Source: a virus. From it: DNA of 64,000 nt. Position 1 is the first letter of the stretch. Every line of letters begins with the position of its first letter. Position numbers and translations under genes: made by a program. Positions 47,084-55,840 of this stretch are shown in pieces. The stretch is from positions 1-64,000 of IMG/VR virus record IMGVR_UViG_3300037516_000306. One strand, 5' to 3'. Below the pieces are notes generated by a model. It was not told where the DNA came from and ran no database searches. It saw only the letters and a program-made list of their open reading frames with translations.

Positions 47084-47112
47084 GGTTATTATTAATTTCT
47101 ACTTGTTAATCC

Positions 47113-48243
47113 TTAAGGAGCAGTTGTAGTAGTAGTTGTAGTTGTGATACAAGTATTATTATCTGGAACAGTTCCTAAAGCAGCTTCTAAGATTGCTTCA
47201 AATGGAGCAGTTAAGTTACTACCACCTTGAGGCACAGCAATAATCACTGTAGAATCTTCCATGATGTAATCACCCCATTGGTATTCAGATTTGTTATACT
47301 CGTTGAATTTGATATAGAATGAGTTGTACATAGTACCATTAGATACCCAAGACTCAAAGTTCTCATTGTATCCATTCATTCTATATAAGTGTTTCAAGTA
47401 ACCTGCTTGGTAGCTGTAGAAGTTTTTCTCTAATTGAGCAATCTCTGCAGATGTTCCAGTAGGATAAGAAGCACGTTGTGCAATTGTTTCAGTAGCAACA
47501 ATGTTACAAGCATCCGCTACGATAAAGTCAGCAGTAGTAGCTGGACCAGCATAAACGAAAGTTCTGAAAGACAATCTATCATATTCAAATGGGAACGCTG
47601 CGATATCACAAGGTTGTCCATATACAGTTAATGGTTTTCCAGTAATACGTAAGATAGTTCCACCTACATTTTCAAATGTATAGAATGTGTTGAAGCTAAT
47701 GTTATCAGGGTTATTACCTGGAGCTTGTTGAGTTAATTTAGCAATCAATAAGTCAATAATAATATTTGGACTTACATCAGCACATGGATTTTCGTCACAA
47801 CCACAACAAGGAGCTTGGATAGTTACTGAACGAGTGAAACCATTGAAATACAAAGTATTGATGTAGCTAGAAAAACCACGTAAAGTTAACGTGATGCTTT
47901 CTCCACATTGTACTAAGAAATCAGTTACATCAGTAATTTGATTAGCAGCAGTTGGACATCCTGTTACTTTGTACCATTCTGTTACGTTAGAGTTGCAACC
48001 AGATCCTGAAGGACATCCTTTGATCTTATCAGATCTTTTAGAACCTTGCAAGTAAGTGTTTGTTCTACCTTGAGCTACATAGAAGTAAGGAGAAGCAGCA
48101 ATATTCAAAGCAGTAGCTACAGAATAATCGCTTTTAAAAATTCCCACAGTACCTGGAGTTAGGTCTTGTGTTGAGCCAGAGCTAGGGACAGCACTCTGCC
48201 CTACTGGAACCACGAATAACGTGGTTAATGAAAAATCAGCCAT
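47113..48243 (-). CDS. Auxiliary capsid / conserved crAss structural protein
   Basis: Synteny (third gene after the MCP); codon usage resembling the MCP gene; C-terminal poly-Thr-AP. Confidence 0.6.
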   Translation of the reverse strand: MADFSLTTLFVVPVGQSAVPSSGSTQDLTPGTVGIFKSDYSVATALNIAASPYFYVAQGRTNTYLQGSKRSDKIKGCPSGSGCNSNVTEWYKVTGCPTAANQITDVTDFLVQCGESITLTLRGFSSYINTLYFNGFTRSVTIQAPCCGCDENPCADVSPNIIIDLLIAKLTQQAPGNNPDNISFNTFYTFENVGGTILRITGKPLTVYGQPCDIAAFPFEYDRLSFRTFVYAGPATTADFIVADACNIVATETIAQRASYPTGTSAEIAQLEKNFYSYQAGYLKHLYRMNGYNENFESWVSNGTMYNSFYIKFNEYNKSEYQWGDYIMEDSTVIIAVPQGGSNLTAPFEAILEAALGTVPDNNTCITTTTTTTTAP

Positions 48244-48270
48244 TTTAATTTATTTAAATGTTAATAAAGT

Positions 48271-49002
48271 TTATTCGTTTGTTTGTATTCTGTAAGCTGC
48301 ACTTTGTACTGCAGATTGGTTTTCAGTATACATTGCTAGATTTTGTACTGTTAAGTCTAACAGCTCATCCTCTAAATATAATTCAAGTTCACAATTTTGA
48401 TCAAATGATGGTTGCCCATCTAACATTATATATCCTGTTTTATTTATATATACTGGATATCTCATGTACATCATGTAAACTTTAGTTGGGGTAAATGTAC
48501 CATCTGTAAAATAACTTATTTCATCTGATGATAAAGAGTTGAATGTTTCTTGATATTCAAAACTTGGTCTATAATGATCATTGTTTAATATAAACTGAAG
48601 ATCACCATGTTTAGCAAGATCTCTATTGATCCAGATCTTTCTATCTTTACATCTACCTTTGTCTGCCAGTATATATGAATCTATGTAGAACATATATTGT
48701 GGACTAAGTTGATGTACATATGTACACCATTGATTCAATTCAACATTCTTTAACGTAAGATCTAAAGGTTGATGATTGTAATTCATTATAAGACTTTGTA
48801 AGTCTTCATAACGTTTCTTAAATGAATCTTGTCCTAATTGACTAGCAGTACTAATACCATCAATCTTTTGTTTTATCAACTTAATCTGAGCTTCATTCAA
48901 AGCTAAGATTTTGTCTTCTAGTTGAATCTGTTGGTGCTCATTAGTTGATAGTTTATTTAGTTTCTGATCGATCTTATACAATAAACTATCTACTGGTATC
49001 AT
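48271..49002 (-). CDS. Ring/adaptor protein (crAss gene-74-like)
   Basis: LNEAQIKLIK, KRYEDLQ, YMRYP...CEL motifs; synteny. Confidence 0.65.
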   Translation of the reverse strand: MIPVDSLLYKIDQKLNKLSTNEHQQIQLEDKILALNEAQIKLIKQKIDGISTASQLGQDSFKKRYEDLQSLIMNYNHQPLDLTLKNVELNQWCTYVHQLSPQYMFYIDSYILADKGRCKDRKIWINRDLAKHGDLQFILNNDHYRPSFEYQETFNSLSSDEISYFTDGTFTPTKVYMMYMRYPVYINKTGYIMLDGQPSFDQNCELELYLEDELLDLTVQNLAMYTENQSAVQSAAYRIQTNE

Positions 49003-49030
49003 ATGCTTTTATATTTTTAAAACTAGCCTC

Positions 49031-49999
49031 TTATACAGAAGCTAGCTTTTTAGTTTTCAACTTACCTTCTAATGTCAATAACTCATCTTGGTTATCATCA
49101 TCAGCTAGGAATTTAATTAAATCTTGTTCATCTTTAGCAATTTCAAATTCACCTTCGTAAACTTTACCATTTGGTTTAACTCTGTAAACTGAATGTGTAA
49201 TTGCTTGTTTAATTAAATCTTGTATATGGAGTAAATTTTCTTTCATGTCAGCAAATCTATTAAACACTTCAACTGGATTCAATCCTGAATATTTACCATT
49301 CGTGAATTCTGTTTGTTTCAATATATTATCTACTTGATTATAAACAACTTCTTCCATTGTGTCTTCTGATACTGGAAGACCTAAAAGTCTTGCAACTTTA
49401 CGTTTCTTCTCAGGAGTCATAGAATCAAACTTAACAATAGCTTTGTTAATCAATTGTTTTTTCTTGTAGATCACTGCATTTTCTATCTCATCATCAACAA
49501 CATAAAATTGTGTATCTGCTGGATATTCTCCTCTTTCCCATGCTTGGTGAGAAGATGCAATAGTTGGATGTACTCTTAACCATGAAAAGGCTATCTCTTG
49601 AAAAGGAACTGATAGATCAAAGTAATTATCACCATCTAATAACTTAACTGGTTGTACATGTGTTTGATCATCTGTAGAAGTTGATAACCCATAATTCCAA
49701 AACTTTGAACGAGGTCCTAAATCAATATCACCTAATTCATTTTCAAGTCTTGCTTTAAGTTTAGTTACTCTTTCTATTTCTAACTCTCTTTCAGTTTGAT
49801 CTGCAATTCTTCTGATGTAAGTAGAGTCTGGATCTAATCCTGTTCTATACTTTCCATCTAATTCTTTATAAGGATACTTGAATACTCCTGTTCCAGGAAT
49901 TCTTGTAAATCCTTTTTGCGATAGTCCACTGTCCATTGTCTGCAGTTGAGAACTGTTATACTCACGTTTTATCGTAGAGATTTTGCCTGTTTTACCCAT
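49031..49999 (-). CDS. Conserved crAss protein downstream of the MCP (gene-75-like)
   Basis: Synteny; YRTGLD, FWN, WLRVHPTIA. Confidence 0.6.
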   Translation of the reverse strand: MGKTGKISTIKREYNSSQLQTMDSGLSQKGFTRIPGTGVFKYPYKELDGKYRTGLDPDSTYIRRIADQTERELEIERVTKLKARLENELGDIDLGPRSKFWNYGLSTSTDDQTHVQPVKLLDGDNYFDLSVPFQEIAFSWLRVHPTIASSHQAWERGEYPADTQFYVVDDEIENAVIYKKKQLINKAIVKFDSMTPEKKRKVARLLGLPVSEDTMEEVVYNQVDNILKQTEFTNGKYSGLNPVEVFNRFADMKENLLHIQDLIKQAITHSVYRVKPNGKVYEGEFEIAKDEQDLIKFLADDDNQDELLTLEGKLKTKKLASV

Positions 50000-50028
50000 A
50001 ATGTAGTTTAATTAAATATTTGGTTTAT

Positions 50029-50225
50029 TTTAGAAGAGTGTCCCCATTGAAGGGAATGCGACTGGGAAACCCAATCCATCACTCTAAAACTTAGTTACGT
50101 TGCTGTGCAAGAGGCTTGACTAAGTAGGGTTGAGATCAATCCCCTCTGGGAGGGAGAGGAGGTGAGGGGATCTTTCTCGGAAAAAAGAGATGTGTGCTGT
50201 TCTATTATGGGAAGCATCACATCTA
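50029..50225 (-). ncRNA. Structured intergenic RNA candidate (terminator-like hairpin, further hairpins and a three-way junction)
   Basis: GC-rich; AGATGTG/CACATCT stem followed by CTTTTTT; ATCCCCTC/GAGGGGAT; AGAGTG/CACTCT closing two hairpins. Confidence 0.45.
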
Positions 50226-50235
50226 CGTTTTATTA

Positions 50236-51798
50236 TTAGAATTGTGGGATTTCCTCGATCAACACAGTTCTAGATAAATCTTCAATAAATACATCACATC
50301 TGTCTTTCATCCAGATTTCGTATCCTGGGAATTTATTAGCAGAACTCATACCTTGAGATTTAGCAAAACCTAAGTGGTGACGAGTACCATCAATATAACC
50401 CCATGTCATAGAAGGAGCACCTTTCATACGTACTTCTCTAATGTTGTTTACCATTGATCCATCAGACATTGGAGAAACATCAAACACCATAAATACTGGA
50501 GTAGATTTTTTGTTTTGTCCAAACTCTAAGTTAGATTGTGGTAAATCTAATTCTTTTAAGTGAATCAATTCAACACGTCCAGTCTCACGAGTTACCATTG
50601 CATCAAATGCAAAGTTGTAAGTGATGTGTTGTCCTTCTCCTTGCATATATCTGTTTCCAGAATCAGCCATGAAAGTAAGACCTGAATTTAATGCATCTGT
50701 TTTTAAAGCTTGTTGGAATACATCGAATCCAGCTTCATTAGTATACATCTTAACACTTCTATCTTTTACATCCACTCTTCTGTAGAATAAATCTCCAAAT
50801 ACAGAACGGATTAAGTTAGCAGAGAATTCACCTCTGTTATATTGTACTAAGTTTCCATTGTTTCTCATTCTGTGGTATACACCAGCAGATGTTCTTTTCA
50901 ATTCTTGTTTAGAACCATTAGTTTTAACTGTACCTGGTTTAGCCCAGATCATACGTTTAACTTTCAACTCTAACATAGATTTACGCATCCAGAACTCAAT
51001 GAACGGTTCCCATTTAACATCATTACGAGTTAAAGGTAATTGGTTACGTCTTTGTGGAGCATAAACTAAGATGTCTAATGGTTTACCAGAAGAATCTCTC
51101 ATCATTTTATCATCAGCCCATTCAGTGATTTTGTGCTCATATCCATATGCAGAACCTAAAGATTCGAACATTGTGATTTGCTCACCTAATCTTGGAAGAC
51201 CTAATAAGTCTTGATCAAACTCACCAATAGCAGCATCAACTAATTCTAGTTCTACACCATATTGTAAGAAGATAGGATTAACAAAATCAACTTGTGGATT
51301 ATCACTTACTAATGTAAATGTATACAAGTAACCCATGTTCCATGGCTGAGGATCTTTGATTACATAGAATCTAGGACCGTACTGACGAGTACCTACAGAA
51401 ATGATTGCATTTTTAGAGAACTCATTAGTATCTAATATTAAAGAGAACTCTTGACCATCAATACCAGTTTTTCCAGCTAAGATAAGATCTTGCGTAGAAG
51501 TAGGGATGTCAATGATTTTTGGGAATTTGTAAGGAACAGCGATTTGCCATTTCCATGCATCACTATTATTATCAATGTAATAAGGTGTGCTTTTGTTGAT
51601 CATGTCTAGGAAGTCATTACTATACAATGAGCTCTGAGTATATAAAGAAATGATTTTCTTGTCATAATCAGCAGGCTCAGTAGAGTGAAAACTTTCCAAG
51701 TGATTTGAGTCAGTAAGTTTTCCTACCGCACGTTTGTCCATAGACGCTACACGAGCATAAGTAAAACCTGTTAAACCTGGGATTGTTTGAATTGCCAT
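50236..51798 (-). CDS. Major capsid protein (crAss-like, HK97 fold)
   Basis: Synteny portal-scaffold-MCP; 520 aa; biased codon usage; MYTNEAGFDVFQQA. Confidence 0.85.
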   Translation of the reverse strand: MAIQTIPGLTGFTYARVASMDKRAVGKLTDSNHLESFHSTEPADYDKKIISLYTQSSLYSNDFLDMINKSTPYYIDNNSDAWKWQIAVPYKFPKIIDIPTSTQDLILAGKTGIDGQEFSLILDTNEFSKNAIISVGTRQYGPRFYVIKDPQPWNMGYLYTFTLVSDNPQVDFVNPIFLQYGVELELVDAAIGEFDQDLLGLPRLGEQITMFESLGSAYGYEHKITEWADDKMMRDSSGKPLDILVYAPQRRNQLPLTRNDVKWEPFIEFWMRKSMLELKVKRMIWAKPGTVKTNGSKQELKRTSAGVYHRMRNNGNLVQYNRGEFSANLIRSVFGDLFYRRVDVKDRSVKMYTNEAGFDVFQQALKTDALNSGLTFMADSGNRYMQGEGQHITYNFAFDAMVTRETGRVELIHLKELDLPQSNLEFGQNKKSTPVFMVFDVSPMSDGSMVNNIREVRMKGAPSMTWGYIDGTRHHLGFAKSQGMSSANKFPGYEIWMKDRCDVFIEDLSRTVLIEEIPQF

Positions 51799-51834
51799 TG
51801 TTTATTCGTTTTTGTTATTAATTAATTATTTTTG

Positions 51835-53112
51835 TTATAAGAACCATGAATTAGGATTAGATTTAGAACCACCAGTAGCAGCAGCTGTTTTAGCTTTTGT
51901 TACTTGTCTTGCAACTTCTCCGAACAATTGGTTAGACTTTTTAGTCACACCTGTTCTTTGTATAGTTGATAATGTAGGATCTTTTTCTAACATTTTAAGC
52001 AGAAGTCCAATCTTAACTTTTTGTGCATGATTCTCTGGTCTTTTCAAATCCAGGATAGCACGATCAAAGTCAGTTAGTGTTTCTCCTGAAGGAGTTTTCC
52101 ACTTATCAACTAATAAGAAGTCTTGTAGTTCTGTTGCTAATTTTGGATTGATAGGTATACCATCAAACTCTTTTTCTTTCACCTTATCTTGTAAGATGGA
52201 TTGTACGTTATTTATATACTGATTTTTAACAGCTTGTTTTTGTTGTAATTCTTGTTGAGCACTAGTTTCCATTTGTTGTAACTTAGATGCTTCTTTTTTA
52301 ACCAACACTTTGTGATGTTTAGCAGCTACATTTTCAAGATCACCGTAGTTTTTAAGTCTTTCAACTTCTGTCTCTACATCTTCTGGATCAAATCCTTGAT
52401 CTGATAAAGCTTGCTTCATTATCTTTACTTGATTGTCTTCATTTGAAAGATCCATCTCAGCAAAGTTTACTACTTGATTATAAACACTAAAGTAATCTTT
52501 TGGATTAACTCCTTTTACAAATATGGCATCAAAAGCTTCTTGGTAATCTTCTCCAAATTGTCCAATGAAATTTTGTACTAATTCAGAAGCACCTTTTTTC
52601 TTTTCTTCATTAAATCTTTCTAAGAACTCTTCTGCTGTAGATATAGGTTGTTGATCTTCTTCTTCATCATTGGTGAATACACCTAGTTTATAAAGATCAT
52701 TTGCAAGAGCAGTGAATTGTGTTCCTTCAGGAGCATCCTCATCACTATCATCTGCATCATCATCAGTAGCTGCAGCTTTTGCAGGTTTTGATACTGGAGC
52801 AGGTGTGTCATCTTCTTCTTCATCTTCATCATCACTTAAGAAGTCAGAGATCATTGATTGTCCATCTAGTTTCTCTTCATCTGTTTTACCATCAACGCTT
52901 TTAGGAGGAACAATATCCTTACCTTTTTTAACCGCTGGTGCTTCAGGAGCATCAGGAGCATTAGCATCTTTAATAATTGCAGTTACATCCTCTGGATTAG
53001 AAGATGCTGTTTCAGGAGAAAACAAGTCATTTAATAGTTCTTGGTTACCCATTCCCATGTCCATAGTATCTTGGATACTAAAGTTACTTAGGTTATCTAA
53101 ATTATCAGCCAT
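51835..53112 (-). CDS. Putative scaffolding protein (crAss gene-77-like)
   Basis: Very acidic N-terminal half, coiled coil; lies between portal and MCP. Confidence 0.65.
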   Translation of the reverse strand: MADNLDNLSNFSIQDTMDMGMGNQELLNDLFSPETASSNPEDVTAIIKDANAPDAPEAPAVKKGKDIVPPKSVDGKTDEEKLDGQSMISDFLSDDEDEEEDDTPAPVSKPAKAAATDDDADDSDEDAPEGTQFTALANDLYKLGVFTNDEEEDQQPISTAEEFLERFNEEKKKGASELVQNFIGQFGEDYQEAFDAIFVKGVNPKDYFSVYNQVVNFAEMDLSNEDNQVKIMKQALSDQGFDPEDVETEVERLKNYGDLENVAAKHHKVLVKKEASKLQQMETSAQQELQQKQAVKNQYINNVQSILQDKVKEKEFDGIPINPKLATELQDFLLVDKWKTPSGETLTDFDRAILDLKRPENHAQKVKIGLLLKMLEKDPTLSTIQRTGVTKKSNQLFGEVARQVTKAKTAAATGGSKSNPNSWFL

Positions 53113-53144
53113 ATGTAGTTGTATTTATGTTTGGTTTATTTATG

Positions 53145-53175
53145 TAAAAGTATAATAAGAGTTTCTAATATCAAA
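53145..53175 (-). promoter_or_regulatory. sigma-A-like promoter TTTG-N19-TACTTTTA for the scaffold/MCP operon
   Basis: Near consensus; intergenic. Confidence 0.55.
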
Positions 53176-53254
53176 GTGTTATAGATCAATGTGATCCAAT
53201 TTTCTTGATAATATAGCATTAACATTTTTATCTCCTCTTTCGAGAAGAATTTTT

Positions 53255-55840
53255 TTAACCTTTTTTGTTATTTCTGCCCTTAGCATTCTCTTTTGCAACA
53301 GCAAGATCGTTTGCCATATTCTCTCTTTGTACTTGTAATTTCTCTTTTTCTATAGACATTTTATCAGCAGCTTGTTTATTTTTAGATTGAACATCAGCCA
53401 TCTTTAATCCATAATCTTTAGCAGCTTTATCTTGATCATTAGCTAATCTACTCATTTCTAGTACATCAGGAACAGAATTAGAATTTTCATCTTCACTTGC
53501 AACATTACCATATCCTGTAGCAGAAATGATAGCAATCTTCTCTTTAGACAATCTATCAAGTTCTCTTTGATAATCATCATTAGCTTGTTTCTCTTGTTGT
53601 AACTGAGCAGCTTGTTGTAATGCAGCTTGAGCTTGTTCACCTTGTTGCTGTATTTGTTGTTGCTGTAATTGGTTAGCTTGTTCTTGTTGAGCAATCTGTC
53701 TATCTCTAAGATCTTTAAATGTTTTCTTAAGTTCTCTTTGAGACTTAGAACTATACAGTTCCACTACATCATAAAGCGTGCCACCATTCTGAATAATAGC
53801 TTGAGAAAGTTGTCTAAGCTCATTAAACATTTGAGTATCTTCAGGTCTATTAGTAAGGAACACTTTTAAATCACGTAATGAAAGATCATCTCCATTTACT
53901 TGTACAAATGCAGACTCACCCTCATTTGTAATATATGATAGTGTACTCTGTGGTTTTGAACTTTGTATATATTGAGCAGCATCTACAATACCTTGATACA
54001 ACTGTCCAAGTACATACTCGTGAGCTATAAATAAAGGCTCTGTTTGAGAGTAACTCTGTTGCATAGCAGCATTGGTACCTGTAGCACTTTCAGAAGCAGA
54101 AATGTTACCCATACGTTGTCTAGACATACCTACAAGTTCCCAACATTCAGTTTTAAGTTGTTGTGCTAATGTATATCTTGATTGTATCTCTTGTGTACGT
54201 GTAAGATCAAGAGCTGTAAATTGATTGAATGAACTAGGAGATTTTAAGTTCTCTGGAGAGTCATCAATAAATACTACACCTCTATTACGTGCTTCCATTT
54301 CCCAGATATCAAGAGCATCTTGTGCATCTCCATCTTTAGGAATAGGAATATGTCTTAATGACATAAGCTGAACCTTACCTACCTCTTTCTCTAGAAGTTT
54401 GTATAATTGGTTCATACATACGTTATATAGCACTTGGAAAGGTTTCATTAAATCTACAAGAGATTTAGATTCTGTGTTCTTCACCTCATATGTTGTACCT
54501 ATAATAGGACAATAGTTTAATAACTTAAATGGTTTAATGTGATAGATATCTGGACCAATTTTAGTTCCTTGATACCATTGATTAATCCATCCCCATTCTA
54601 ATGATTGTTGTGTAGGTATTGTGCCTGATTTGTAGTCTTCAGTTACAAGAGTAGATTGCTCATTACCCATATCATCTAAATAGATAAGTTTACCTATTTT
54701 CTTTTTAGATATCCAATAGCTTCTAACCACTACATACTTATATCCAAATGAGCTTACATTGTTTGTAAGTCCTAAGAAGTCTTTTAATCCATCATTGTTT
54801 TCTTTCATTTCTGATTCAATGATCATTCTTGTTTGTAACACAAGAGGGTCAAATGTATCATACATTACAGAGTCTTGTCCAGGAATAGCATCTGGATTAC
54901 CAAGGTTTGATTCTCTAACATTAATCAATCCATAATCCTGTAATGAACTACGTAAGTGATCTATCTCTTCTTTAGTAAGATCTGGAATGCTTTCGATGAT
55001 TTCTGAAAGTTCCATAACCTGTACTGTACCAGCAGCATATGCTCCTTGTGCTCTACCTGTTGGATCTGATATAAACTTTCTATCAGGAGTAGTAAGAAAC
55101 CAAGTGTTCTTTGGGTTAGCCACCTCAATGTTAAATCCAGTTTTTGAATTATCTTCATATATATGATAGAACTCTCTACCAGAAATTAGAAGATCTCTAA
55201 AAGCATCTTCTGATTTTTCTTTAAGAACAAATTCAGCTTTTTGACATGTAAGAACATGATTAGCCCATTTCTCTGCAACAGATGTATAGCTATCTAACTG
55301 ATCCTTAACTTGTTCCATTGACATCTTCTCTAGATCTTCATCAGGGATATCAATTCCTTCTATTGAAGCCTTTTCAATAATTTGTTGTTTAGCTTGTGAG
55401 ATGACATATTTCTGAAGAGTTTCTGTTTTAAATTGTAGCTCTTCTGCTTGACTATCATCATCAAAAGCTTTCACTCTAAATGTATCAGGTCTTTTACTGA
55501 TCTCTCCTACTAATTCATTTACAGGAGTGGTAACAATAGAATACATCTTCACGTATGCAGGAAGTTCTAGATCTGCTGTAAGTACATCTGTGAAGCTTCT
55601 CACTTCAGGCTCCTGATAGAAATCTTCCATACGTAGGATTCCTTTCATAAGATCGTAGTTCTTAACAAATGTATCTCTATTCTTTACATACTCAGCATAT
55701 GCTTTATTGGAGAAATAATCCATTGTATTCTTTATCCAACTCTCATCTTGTTTTTCCTTATCTGTTTTGAACTGATCTGGGAAGATGTTAAGATAGGCAT
55801 ACCTGATGGTTGCGTCTTTTGTATATCTAATTATTGCCAT
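53255..55840 (-). CDS. Portal protein
   Basis: 861 aa directly after the terminase; crAss portal-like SLVDLMKPFQVLYN, GMSRQRMG; C-terminal Gln-rich coiled coil. Confidence 0.85.
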   Translation of the reverse strand: MAIIRYTKDATIRYAYLNIFPDQFKTDKEKQDESWIKNTMDYFSNKAYAEYVKNRDTFVKNYDLMKGILRMEDFYQEPEVRSFTDVLTADLELPAYVKMYSIVTTPVNELVGEISKRPDTFRVKAFDDDSQAEELQFKTETLQKYVISQAKQQIIEKASIEGIDIPDEDLEKMSMEQVKDQLDSYTSVAEKWANHVLTCQKAEFVLKEKSEDAFRDLLISGREFYHIYEDNSKTGFNIEVANPKNTWFLTTPDRKFISDPTGRAQGAYAAGTVQVMELSEIIESIPDLTKEEIDHLRSSLQDYGLINVRESNLGNPDAIPGQDSVMYDTFDPLVLQTRMIIESEMKENNDGLKDFLGLTNNVSSFGYKYVVVRSYWISKKKIGKLIYLDDMGNEQSTLVTEDYKSGTIPTQQSLEWGWINQWYQGTKIGPDIYHIKPFKLLNYCPIIGTTYEVKNTESKSLVDLMKPFQVLYNVCMNQLYKLLEKEVGKVQLMSLRHIPIPKDGDAQDALDIWEMEARNRGVVFIDDSPENLKSPSSFNQFTALDLTRTQEIQSRYTLAQQLKTECWELVGMSRQRMGNISASESATGTNAAMQQSYSQTEPLFIAHEYVLGQLYQGIVDAAQYIQSSKPQSTLSYITNEGESAFVQVNGDDLSLRDLKVFLTNRPEDTQMFNELRQLSQAIIQNGGTLYDVVELYSSKSQRELKKTFKDLRDRQIAQQEQANQLQQQQIQQQGEQAQAALQQAAQLQQEKQANDDYQRELDRLSKEKIAIISATGYGNVASEDENSNSVPDVLEMSRLANDQDKAAKDYGLKMADVQSKNKQAADKMSIEKEKLQVQRENMANDLAVAKENAKGRNNKKG

